Assembly: GCF_009914755.1 (NCBI RefSeq)
Contig: NC_060934.1
Direction: 5' to 3' (one strand)
Length of the DNA stretch: 64,000 nt
From: the human T2T-CHM13v2.0 reference genome, Homo sapiens
The notes below the pieces were generated by a model. That model did not search any database. It was not told where the DNA came from and was given only the letters and a program-made list of their open reading frames with translations. The translations under genes and the position numbers were made by a program. Every line of letters starts with the position of its first letter. Position 1 is the first letter of the stretch. Positions 18,208 through 36,000 of this stretch are shown in pieces.

Positions 18208-18955
18208 TGAGATTGTTGGATATGTTGGTTAATAGTTTACATCATATTTGGAGATTTTTCAGTCATCAGTTCTTCAAATATTTTGTATCTCCCCTCCTCC
18301 TGTGGGGACTCTACACATATATTTGGTTACTTGAATTTGTCTCACAGCTCACTGATGCTTTTTTGTTGTTGTTGTTATTTCTTTCAGTCTTAATTCTCTC
18401 TGTGTTTCATTTTAGAACATTTTTATCGCTATATCTTGAAGTTCACTAATCTTTTTCTCTGCAGTGGCTAACCTGTCATTAATTTCACCCAGTGGGTTTT
18501 TTATTTTAGACATTGCAGTTTTCATCTCTAGAAGTTTGATTTGGGTCTTTTTTACATCTTCCCTCTGTGCTTGACATACTCGGTCTTCCCTCTAGCCTCC
18601 TGAACATATGGAATACAGTTATAATTCTGGAAAAAAAGTCTTTTTATAGTAATTCTATTATCTGTGTAATTTCTTGGTTCAAGACAAATTATGTTATTTT
18701 TTTTCTTTGTTATGGGTCACATTTCCCTGCTCACAGGCTGGACACTGTGGACTTTAAGCTTTTTGGGTTCTGGATATTTTCGTATTCCTATAAATGCTAT
18801 TGAACTTTGCTCTGGGATGCAGTTAAGTTATTTGGAACAACTTAATCCTCTGCATCTCGCTTCATTAGATGGAACGAGAGCAGTGTTTAGGTGAGGATTA
18901 ATCTTCCCCAATACTGAGGCAAAACCTGCCTTTGTGCTCAGCAGATGCCTTATGA

Positions 18956-19345
<390 letters not shown>

Positions 19346-19350
19346 CGTGA

Positions 19351-19910
<560 letters not shown>

Positions 19911-20695
19911 CCCATTGTTTTCTTCTATCTCCAGGATTCCTGCTCCTCCTTTCCTCTGTCTTCCTTAGCAGCTAATCCTCCATTAGCCCAACCCTTCTTG
20001 TAGTTAATAATTCCTCATATGACGTTTTCCAACCTAGGCTCTCTGAAAACATTGAAAAGCCACCGTATCAAGTTGCTTTCTTGGGTTTTAAATGGGAATG
20101 CAGCAAAACACCTGGCATTTATTTTGGAAGAGGTGGGGAGACCCTTCTAGAAAAAAAGAATAAGAGACAAGATGCCGCGGGCAAAGTTGTTTCTCTTCTC
20201 CCTTCAAGAGTTCCTTGTATCACCGACACTTGCAGTCTCCCCTCTGTCTTGCTGTGACCTCAAATGCCAACTTTGACAGTGGTTAATCTTCCCAAACTTG
20301 TCTCTGCAGCTGTGTTAATGCTGGGAAGGAAGCTGGATGATCTTTATGTCTTTGACATTGAGCCAGCTTGGCGCCCAGTAATGTTGACTCATCCACTTTT
20401 TTCCCCAGTTTAGATTAATGGGATTACAGAGAGACGATCTCAACAAAATAGACTGGCAATGAGGATTTATTCTAAAAAGAAACCCTTCATCACATTTTTG
20501 AGCTCAGGACATAAGAGCTCAGTCTGAGACAGGTAACACCGGTAACATCTTATGCGTCAGAGAATGCCCCAAATTCTCTGAAAGACTTTCAGTCATCAAG
20601 AGACATTTCCACTATGTTCCCTGTTTTGTACAATGTTTACTGTGGCAGGAAAATGATTTTAATTAATGCTAGGAGTCTTATCAAGAAGGGATATG

Positions 20696-21305
<610 letters not shown>

Positions 21306-21961
21306 GGGATATAACAAAAATACGTTTACCACTCTTTGTTGTTCAAAATATCCTCATGGTGTCAAAATAACATAAAAACACCACCAGAATCTAGCTATAC
21401 AAGCAAAACTCTCATTTGCATTTTTCCATGAAGCACTAGCAAGGGCTTAACTTAAAATTAAGAAATGTTTATACTCAGGTAAATATTCTACCAAATCCCT
21501 TGATTTGGGCTTATTCAAGTTTTAAAGATCTTTATTGTGATTAAAAACAGGTATTTTCTCTAATGGGATAGTAGTTTTATTTTTGGTATTTGATCATTAA
21601 GAAAAGTCTGAATGATCAGAAATTATTATATCAGAATGTTATTGGCATGACTTTATCTAGACACGTTTGAAGGACAACAGACAGATGTGAAAGCCAAGTT
21701 CATTCTGGCTATGGGGAGTACTGGTGTGCAACAACCCAGCAGTAGCCCCTTCCAGCAGCCAGTCTGGGAATCACAAAATGGGGTCATTCTGTTGACTTTT
21801 AGGACCCCAGGAGAGGGTTGCTGAAAAAAATTGGTTAAAAGATAGTTTTCGAATTTTCTTTGAAATTCAGTTGCCTGTCCCCATCCCCACACTATGCTGG
21901 ATAATGGATTCTCAGGAATGGAGTGGCACCTGACCTTGAAGTCATATAGAAGCTCGTATGA

Positions 21962-22623
<662 letters not shown>

Positions 22624-23202
22624 CCCCAGTAACTCTTTAGAATCTACACATATTTTTCAGTCATCTATTGCCTGGATTGCTCAAGCATCACGTACTTGTT
22701 TTGTTTGTTTGTTTGTTTTCTATTGAAGAATGAGCACAGCGAAGATAAAACTGGGTTAAAAATACAAAGCCAAGTCTGGCTGTCCTGCCAAGGTCAGTGG
22801 GCTCCCAGGCTTCTGTGGGGAGGGTTGTTTGGACAAGTTAGGACCATGTGTGTGGAGTGGACACAGTGTGCTAGGGTTGCAAAGAAGTTTCTGAGGAGGT
22901 GTCTTTCTCTGTGAATTACTATGTTATCACTGTTAAGACATGGCAGTTTTTCTCTCCTATTAACATTAGAATTCTTTCTTCAGCATGGATCAGTTAGAAT
23001 ATAAATTCCTTTTCCAAAGTCTCTGGAATAGGTGATGCCTCCCACGGTGCAGGTGTCAACCTACGTGAGCAGTTGTCGTGCCAGTACAACTGTCAGTTTA
23101 AAAATATGTATTTCTTCACTTATTTATGTATGCCATCATTCAGTCACTCATTCAACAGAGCGTAGACCCAGTGCTAGACTAAGACATAAAAATATAAATG
23201 AG

Positions 23203-23559
<357 letters not shown>

Positions 23560-24149
23560 TTAACCTTGGGGGGATCCAAATCAAGAGGCCATGGCAGGTA
23601 CTGAGAGAGTGTCTGTACACAGGGCCTGGGGAGTGGCATGCAGCCCCGGGAAGGGGAGCAGGGGGTCTCACCATGGAGACGGGGAAGGAGACATCCTACC
23701 TTGGGAAGGTTTGAGAACTCCATGTGTTCAGAGACCTGATTTGGCTTTTGCTCTGAGACACAAAAGAGCAGTTCACATCTTCCTGGTTGACAAGCAGATC
23801 CCACCTGGGAGAGGTGAGAGGTGAGAGGTGAACAGTGTGTTTTGGAAACTATCCATGTCGTCCTCTCAAGGGCATCTGAAATGTCCTTACCAATTCTTCT
23901 TTTAATGTAAGGCTGTGCTTTCCACAGTGTGTTCTGCGGCCCATCATCCTACTAAAAGCTCTACTGAGAAAAAGGCAACGGAAGGTTTCCAAGAAACAAA
24001 TTTGGGAAACAGTGTATATGTATCTTCTTGTTGACTCACGAGGCACAGTGGTTTCTCAAAGGCTCTGAGAAGTCCTGCGGTAGAAAAGCTTGTTTAACCG
24101 CACTTCACCTAGTGCTTCCCACATTCCTTGGACAGAGGAAGCTTCATTC

Positions 24150-24746
<597 letters not shown>

Positions 24747-25480
24747 TAGGAAGCTTCATTCTTACACACCTAGCAGTCATATATTAGAAGCACTGAGTTT
24801 GGTTTTTAAAAGCCCTTCATAGAGTTGTAAACTATGGAGGGCATTTCCTATGTAACTTTTGTTAGCCATTAATAATTGATGCAGAATGACCTATCAGAGT
24901 TGGCTCAGTCACTGAAGTTCTTGAGGGGACTGTTTCTTAAGCAGTCTTTTCAGCTTGGGATGGAAAAGGGAAAAAAGAGAGAGTTGGGAGTGGGTCAAAT
25001 ACAGGGATTAGAGTGCTGGAGAGAATTCTGACCATTCACAACCACACAGCACCTTGCCTACCAGACTTATGATTGATGGAGAGAAAAATATGCAAAGCCG
25101 AGGACAGGAATAAAGACAGTGAATTGACTAGGTGACTGCAGAAGCTTATCTGTGTCACTGTGAAGATCTACGTGGTCCCCGAATTAACTGGTTTTATTCT
25201 GATTTCATGTCAGGTAGGACTGAAAACCTTCTGGAGTTTCATTTCCTTTCTTTGGGCACGGTCTCAGCCTTCCTTCTCCTGAAGAAGTCATTCGCACAAC
25301 ATATCCCATGGGCCAATTCAGATCTTGACAAGCCCTCAGAATGTGTGAGGAAATAGAGCACTTTGGACATCCTAAATGTTGGTGGGGTTTGGGGAGCTAA
25401 TTAATCGCAACCCTTTCCACCAGACTCTAAATTATGAAATAGATGCCACAGTCAGAGAAAGATAAGAAAGTCAACAGTAT

Positions 25481-25582
25481 AGGGCAACCCGCTCGGGTCC
25501 CTTTCCACGCTGTGGAAGCTTTTTTCTTTCGCTCTTCACAATAAATCTTGCTGCCAAAAAAAAAAAAAGAAAGAAAGAAAGA
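25481..25582 (+). mobile_element. Polyadenylated LTR12 (ERV9) R-region retrocopy
   Basis: GGCAACCCGCTCGGGTCCC...GCTGTGGAAGCTTT...CACAATAAATCTTGCTGC followed by poly(A)/(GAAA)n. 17-bp TSD AAGAAAGTCA[A/G]CAGTAT. Confidence 0.85.
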
Positions 25583-26092
25583 AAGAAAGTCAGCAGTATC
25601 ATGGCAAGGTTAGGCTGCAGGATGCCAAAACCGGAATCCTCATACCTACCCCCGAACCATCCTTCCCCACCAAGTCCCAAGCTGCATCAGTGCAGGTGCC
25701 ATGAAGGATGGGGAAGGCTGGCCCAGGGAGCTCGTCACGTGGCAAATAGCTGCGAGAGGAGAAGGGGCTGCATTGTGGTAGTTCATCTCAAGGACCTCGA
25801 ACACCTTAACCCCACCCATGGGGAAACTGGACTCACGGGGGCTGGCTCTCCCCATATCACCACTCGGAGAAATCTCCTCCAATGGACGTGACCATAAGGG
25901 GGCAAAGAATATGGCAGAAGCATCATACTTCACTGAGAACTCAGAAGTGTTGGGAAAGTCTCTAATTTGAGGGCCCAGGCAGGAATGTGGGGAGCTGGGG
26001 ATCACCTTTCAGTCCTCGAATCCTCTCATCTCCACCACAGCTGCTGCCTCTGTTAACATTTATTTGAGTTGGCAGTTCTCAGAGGCTAGTCA

Positions 26093-26810
26093 GTCTTACT
26101 TAGTCTGTGTTCTGTTGCTTATCGCAGAATACATGAAACTGGAGCATTTATAAAGAAAAATAATTGATTTCTTTTTTTTATTGTTGAGACAGGGTCTTGC
26201 TCTGTTGCCCAAGGCTGGAGTGCAGTGGCATGATGTCAGCTCATGGCAGCCTCCGCCTCCTGGATTCGAGCAATCCTCCTGCTTCAGCCTCCCAAGTAGC
26301 TGGGATTACAGGTGCCTGCCACCACAATTTTTGTATTTTTTTATTTTTAGTAGAGACAGGGTTTCACCATGTTGGCCAGGCTGGTCTTGAACTCCTGATC
26401 TCAGGTGGTCCGCCCACCTCGGCCTCCCAAAGTGGTGGGATTACAGGCGTGAGCCACTGCACCTAGCATTGATTTCTTACGGTTATGGAGGCTGAGAAGT
26501 CCAAGGGCAAGGGGCTGCTCCTGGTGAGGGCATTCTTGCTGGTGGGGCTTCTGTAGAGTTATGAGGTGGCGCAGGACATCACTGGTAAAAGAAATGAGCA
26601 TACTAGCTCAAGTCTCCCTTCCTCTTTGCATAAAGCCACCATGATAACCCAGTAATCCATGAATGGATTAACCTATTCCTGAGGGCAGGGCCTTCACAAC
26701 CCAATCACCTTCACCTCTTAAAGGCCCCCACCTTTCAACATGATTAAGTTTGGGGATTAAGTTTCAGCGGGAGTTTGAAGGGGAAAACATTCATTCAATC
26801 CATTGCACTA
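26093..26810 (-). mobile_element. MST-family MaLR LTR (MSTC/D-like) with an internal Alu
   Basis: TTAGTCTGTGTTCTGTTGCTTAT...GGAGGCTGAGAAGTCCAAG...CCCAATCACCT...TTAAAGGCCC motifs. Confidence 0.75.
26172..26467 (-). mobile_element. Alu in the MST LTR
   Basis: TSD ATTGATTTCTT. Confidence 0.95.
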
Positions 26811-27201
26811 ACCCACTGGCTTTCATTCTACCCCGGCTTTCCTTTTCCAGAAGGCACACCGGAATGCAACGAGTAGCAGTGATGATGTTATGTTAGGAAA
26901 TCTTCTAATCTTTTGAATTATAGTAATTTATGAAAATAACAAATCATTCACAGGCTTTAGTACTTTATAATTAGTCACAAATTACTTGCAGTGCATGCCC
27001 TGACACATTAGACCTACCAGTGAGTGTAGAGGTGTGTGATTGAGAAGTGCTGCCTTAACTTTGTTTCACAGAAGTATTAAAAAAAAAAAAAGTACTTTGC
27101 CTTTTCTGGGCCTCAGTTTCCTCATTTGTAAAATGAGAGGTTTGGACTAATGAATTACTGGAATGCTATGCTTGATGGAAGAAAAGAATGTTCATGATCT
27201 G

Positions 27202-27741
<540 letters not shown>

Positions 27742-28283
27742 TCACCAACCATAGTGATGGGAACCATGACTAGCGCTAGGTGGGCCTGTGAAAGAAACTG
27801 ATCTGGGAGCCCAGGCCAGGGAGGCTACCCTGAGAAGCGAAGAGTGGAGCTGCAACCTGGTGGGGAGCAGAGGGCTGCAGGCTCCAGGCAGATGCATGGC
27901 TGGGGAGCTTCATGCGGAATGAGGCAGGAGAGGGAGGTTGGGGCCACAACTGAGAGCAAAGCGAAGCCACAGTGGGGTGACAGGAGCAGACTTTGATTTC
28001 TAAGCTGTTGGTCTGGCCACAGCTGGCAGAACAGAATGAAGGGGGCCAGAGAGGATGGGAGAAGGGAATGCTGCACTTGTTCGGTGAGAGGCTGGTGCAG
28101 GCAGCCAGTACAAGGCAACGGGAGGCAGCGCCACAGGGCTCAATCTTGCTTTGCGTTACCGGCTCTTTGACCCTGGGTCCTGTCTTGAACTTCTTCGGGA
28201 AAATGTCCTTGTGTGTACAATGGGGCCACCCTTCTACCAGGCTGTTGTGTGGATTAAGCGCAATCGTAACTGAAAAGTGCCCA

Positions 28284-28658
<375 letters not shown>

Positions 28659-30350
28659 TTATGGTTTTGCCGACTCCTGAAAACCTGGTCGTGCAGGGGC
28701 CATGTTTGTGTTTTCTGTAGCTGGCCTCCTTCCTCCCTTTAAGCATTGCATGTGTGTGTGTTTCCAGAACTATGCATTTAAGAACCCATCTGCATCCCCA
28801 TCATCTGCTCAGACCTTGGTTGTGGCAGATGACCCCCTGCCAGCCCCTGCCCATGCTTCTCCCTTCACTGTGCTGTGGACATCTGGTCTGTGATGGAGGC
28901 TCTAGTCCCTGGGCCCTCCCTGACCTCCACACAGAGGCAGTGCCCCCAGAGGGTGAAAGGCTTCCATTCGGGGTGCTGGCCTGCGGATTCTGAGCAGAGG
29001 CTCTATCCCACACATTTCAACTCAATCTCGAAGCATAAAAGGATATTATGTAAGCTTCAACTAATGCACAGCCCTCAACAGATCAGTTCTTAGAATTTTT
29101 CCTGCCCTTAGGCAGATCTGCTCCTGGTGAGCAGCTTTAATCTGGCTTTAAAAATTACTTCTGATGGATAATCAAAGAGATTGCTGGTACCCAGCTTATG
29201 CTAAATAAACCAATGTCTGGGTTCTTATTTGGGAGGAGTTGTTGTGTGTCCCATACTCCATGGAAAATTTGTTCCTGGTTGCTTTCTGATAAGACCGCAC
29301 AAGTTTACAAGATGCCAAAATATAATTTATCATCTTGTTCCAGATGGTAACGACTTCAGCCAGCCTGAAGGGAAGCCACATCCTTTCCTAAGTTGGCAGT
29401 TCCTGTCAGAGGCGTGGACAAGAAAGTGGCTTCGTTTCTTTCCAGCTTGATAAAGCCGACATAAATAGGAGCACTTCATTTCTGAATTACACACCATTAC
29501 TCTTATCACATACTAAACTGTTTGACTTCAGTTAATGGGTGGGACATAATGAAATGTAAAGTGCTTGTTACAAGGAAAATTGCCAGGTCCAGATGCTGAG
29601 CAGCGAAGGGTGGGGGAGGAGGCATCGGGTTTCGTTCTGGACCTGGTGCTTTCCAGAAAGCCAGGCCAAGACACTTTATCCAAACCCCAAGTAGTTTTCC
29701 AGATGTCAGCCCACTCGGGCCAGGGCTCTCCATGGGCCCATCTGTCTTCCGTGACCATTTGTGAATCGGAGGGTTTTATATAATTTACCCTCTGAGTTTT
29801 CTCTTTTTTGGCCTACTCAGCTCTGCTTTTGGGTCAGAAAATGCAAATCTGGTTGAGACAGTAGCCAGCTCTCTTTTGGGTCCTCAGGCACCATTCCCAT
29901 GTCCTATGTGCAGGAACAGGCATTAGATAAAGATGAGTGCAGGGGTGGTTCTGTGTACATGCCTCCTTCAGGGATGTCAAATGACGCCGCGTGTACTTCA
30001 GAGGTGAGGAGCAGGACAGAGAGGCTGGAATGGGGCTGGGGGAAGAGGCTCTTGCCTTCCTTGGAAGTTTTTATTCTGCATAGCAGAGTGAATAAGAAGA
30101 TTGTGTCCAGTGGAATCAGATGTCCATGTTGAGATCCATGCTTAGCCTCTGTTCTCCAGGGTTCTCATCTGCAAATGGCATGGGTGGTACCCACCTTGCA
30201 CAGCTGTTGGCAGGGCTAAGTGAGATAATCCACACAAAGCACTGAGGCCTAGTGAATTTCATCTGTTATTATTTTCCCAACTTTTTGTTTTGGAAAAATT
30301 GAAACCTCAAAAATGTTGAAAGGATGGGACAGTAAATACCCACCTGTCTA

Positions 30351-31067
<717 letters not shown>

Positions 31068-31603
31068 ATATTTTAAAAATTTAACAATAATGCACTTCAC
31101 CATCTCACTGTATGCATCCCTCATGTATGAATGCATGTGCACTGCCTGGTGTGGAAAACTGGAATTTTGGTAGCGGACATTGAGAGGAGAATCTTTCCAC
31201 TAGCCCCCTCCAGAACGCTGTGGGCTTATGTGTGTGTGAATATGTGTGCATGTAACAAACAGTTACAAAAAGATTCCATAAATTTTCCTTTGATATTTCC
31301 CCTATAATAACTTTAAAGAAAATGGTAAAAGCTTTAGAAAAACCATACTTATGTTAACTTTGTCTTGAGGAATTTCTCTTGTTACTAGAATATATATGAT
31401 CATAACAAGTATATAGAATCACAATTATGTAAAAATAACAAGAATTGTACCCCCAAACAATTGTGTAGGAAAAATCAGGAAATTCACTAGAACTCTGAAA
31501 GTGGCAAGCATGTAGCAGTATTTTTTCTGATTTTTTTTTCCTACATTTTCCACACTTTGTGTTGGCCACATATTATTTTTAAAATTAAAAATTGCACAGC
31601 ATT

Positions 31604-31977
<374 letters not shown>

Positions 31978-32404
31978 TTATAATAACTGGATAGTTAGTT
32001 ATCTGTAGTAAGTTCAAAATTCAGAGCCAAGTTCCCCCAAGTTCCCTGAGTGTTTCACTTTTTTTCGCCACACATTACCCAGATAAGTGTTCAAGTTAAG
32101 ACAAATATGGGTATGAAGGTGATTCAGCTCCCAAGATTTATACATAGGTCACGTGCGGAAATTCCATAGCCAAATATAAATGATTTTGGGGTTATGCCTG
32201 TCCCTGTCTCACCTGTTAAATGTGAAGAATCAAGTTAACTATTACCAGGAATGGCTCTTTATTTCAAAGCCTGGCTTTGCCAACTTGTGCTTTTTCCTGA
32301 ACATCTAAGGATCCCCAGGGGTGCTGGAGACCTGCCTGTAATCTTCACAGGACTGGTTCAAATCCCCTGTTATGATTTACTCTTATTAACAACTTTCTGA
32401 GTTG

Positions 32405-32760
<356 letters not shown>

Positions 32761-33012
32761 TCAGCATGGAAGGCCCACACTGAGTGTTTGAGATACCCTG
32801 CAGTGGTTTTTGGGGGAAACGAGGGCATGCATAATGGTTATGGGAGGGGTGCAGGGGGCTCTCACAGAGAGGAATGAGCTGCATGAGGATGCTGTGTCTG
32901 TGGTTAGGGCACTTGGTGCCCTTTTGTGGGGGTGGGTTGGGGGGTGACCTGCCTGCAGTGTGGCTCTGTCCTTGGCATCCATGATAACCAATGAAACATT
33001 AAATATTTTCAG

Positions 33013-36000
33013 CATTGGCAGCGTTGGGCTTGGAGGCTTCTGCACCGCTTCTGAGAGTTCTGCCAGCCTGGATCCATGCCTTGTGTCCCCAGAGGTGACT
33101 GAGCCAAGGAAGGACCCACAGGGAGCCAGGGGGCCAGAAGGTTCTTTGCTGCCCAGCCCACCACCGTCCCAGGAGCGAGAGCACCCCTCGTCCTCCATGC
33201 CCTTTGCCGAGTGTCCCCCGGAAGGTTGCTTGGCAAGTCCAGCAGCGGCACCTGAAGATGGTCCTCAGACTCAGTCTCCCAGGAGGGAACCTGCCCCAAA
33301 TGCCCCAGGAGACATCGCGGCGGCATTTCCCGCTGAGAGGGACAGCTCTACTCCATACCAAGAGATTGCTGCCGTCCCCAGTGCTGGAAGAGAGAGACAG
33401 CCGAAGGAAGAAGGACAGAAGTCCTCCTTCTCCTTCTCCAGTGGCATCGACCAGTCACCTGGAATGTCGCCAGTACCCCTCAGAGAGCCAATGAAGGCAC
33501 CGCTGTGTGGAGAGGGGGACCAGCCTGGTGGTTTTGAGTCCCAAGAGAAAGAGGCTGCAGGTGGCTTTCCCCCTGCAGAGTCCAGGCAGGGGGTGGCTTC
33601 TGTGCAAGTGACCCCTGAGGCCCCTGCTGCAGCCCAGCAGGGCACAGAAAGCTCAGCGGTCTTGGAGAAGTCCCCCCTAAAACCCATGGCCCCGATCCCA
33701 CAAGATCCAGCCCCAAGAGCCTCAGACAGAGAAAGAGGCCAAGGGGAGGCGCCGCCTCAGTATTTAACAGATGACTTGGAATTCCTCAGGGCCTGCCATC
33801 TCCCTAGGAGCAATTCAGGGGCTGCCCCAGAAGCAGAAGTGAATGCCGCTTCCCAGGAGAGCTGCCAGCAGCCAGTGGGAGCATATCTGCCGCACGCAGA
33901 GCTGCCCTGGGGCTTGCCAAGTCCTGCCCTGGTGCCAGAGGCTGGGGGCTCTGGGAAGGAGGCTCTGGACACCATTGATGTTCAGGGTCACCCACAGACA
34001 GGGATGCGAGGAACCAAGCCCAATCAAGTTGTCTGTGTGGCAGCAGGCGGCCAGCCCGAAGGGGGTTTGCCTGTGAGCCCTGAACCTTCCCTGCTCACTC
34101 CGACTGAGGAAGCACATCCAGCTTCAAGCCTCGCTTCATTCCCAGCTGCTCAGATTCCTATTGCTGTAGAAGAACCTGGATCATCATCCAGGGAATCAGT
34201 TTCCAAGGCTGGGATGCCAGTTTCTGCAGATGCAGCCAAAGAGGTGGTGGATGCAGGGTTGGTGGGACTGGAGAGGCAGGTGTCAGATCTTGGAAGCAAG
34301 GGAGAGCATCCAGAAGGGGACCCTGGAGAGGTTCCTGCCCCATCACCCCAGGAGAGGGGAGAGCACTTGAACACGGAGCAAAGCCATGAGGTCCAACCAG
34401 GAGTACCACCCCCTCCTCTTCCCAAGGAGCAAAGCCATGAGGTCCAACCAGGAGCACCACCCCCTCCTCTTCCCAAGGCACCAAGTGAAAGTGCCAGAGG
34501 GCCACCGGGGCCAACGGATGGAGCCAAGGTCCATGAAGATTCCACAAGCCCAGCCGTGGCTAAAGAAGGAAGCAGATCACCTGGTGACAGCCCTGGAGGA
34601 AAGGAGGAAGCCCCAGAGCCACCTGATGGTGGAGACCCAGGGAACCTGCAAGGAGAGGACTCTCAGGCTTTCAGCAGCAAGCGTGATCCAGAAGTAGGCA
34701 AAGATGAGCTTTCAAAGCCAAGCAGTGATGCAGAGAGCAGAGACCATCCCAGCTCACACTCAGCACAGCCACCCAGAAAGGGGGGTGCTGGGCACACGGA
34801 CGGGCCCCACTCTCAGACAGCAGAGGCTGATGCATCTGGCCTACCACACAAGCTGGGTGAGGAGGACCCCGTCCTGCCCCCTGTGCCAGATGGAGCTGGT
34901 GAGCCCACTGTTCCCGAAGGAGCCATCTGGGAGGGGTCAGGATTGCAGCCCAAATGTCCTGACACCCTTCAGAGCAGGGAAGGATTGGGAAGAATGGAGT
35001 CTTTCCTGACTTTAGAATCAGAGAAATCAGATTTTCCACCAACTCCTGTTGCAGAGGTTGCACCCAAAGCCCAGGAAGGTGAGAGCACATTGGAAATAAG
35101 GAAGATGGGCAGCTGTGATGGGGAGGGCTTGCTGACGTCCCCAGATCAACCCCGCGGGCCGGCGTGTGATGCGTCGAGACAGGAATTTCATGCTGGGGTG
35201 CCACATCCCCCCCAGGGGGAGAACTTGGCAGCAGACCTGGGGCTCACGGCACTCATCCTGGACCAAGATCAGCAGGGAATCCCATCCTGCCCAGGGGAAG
35301 GCTGGATAAGAGGAGCTGCATCCGAGTGGCCCCTACTATCTTCTGAGAAGCATCTCCAGCCATCCCAGGCACAACCAGAGACATCCATCTTTGACGTGCT
35401 CAAGGAGCAGGCCCAGCCACCTGAAAATGGGAAAGAGACTTCTCCAAGCCATCCAGGTTTTAAGGACCAGGGAGCAGATTCTTCCCAAATCCATGTACCT
35501 GTGGAACCTCAGGAAGATAACAACTTGCCCACTCATGGAGGACAGGAGCAGGCTTTGGGATCAGAACTTCAAAGTCAGCTCCCCAAAGGCACCCTGTCTG
35601 ATACTCCAACTTCATCTCCCACTGACATGGTTTGGGAGAGTTCTCTGACAGAAGAGTCAGAATTGTCAGCACCAACGAGACAGAAGTTGCCTGCACTAGG
35701 GGAGAAGCGGCCAGAGGGAGCATGCGGTGATGGTCAGTCCTCGAGGGTCTCGCCTCCAGCAGCAGATGTCTTAAAAGACTTTTCTCTTGCAGGGAACTTC
35801 AGCAGAAAGGAAACTTGCTGCACTGGGCAGGGGCCAAACAAGTCTCAACAGGCATTGGCTGATGCCTTGGAAGAAGGCAGCCAGCATGAAGAAGCATGTC
35901 AAAGGCATCCAGGAGCTTCTGAAGCAGCTGATGGTTGTTCCCCACTCTGGGGCTTGAGTAAGAGGGAGATGGCAAGTGGAAACACAGGGGAGGCCCCACC

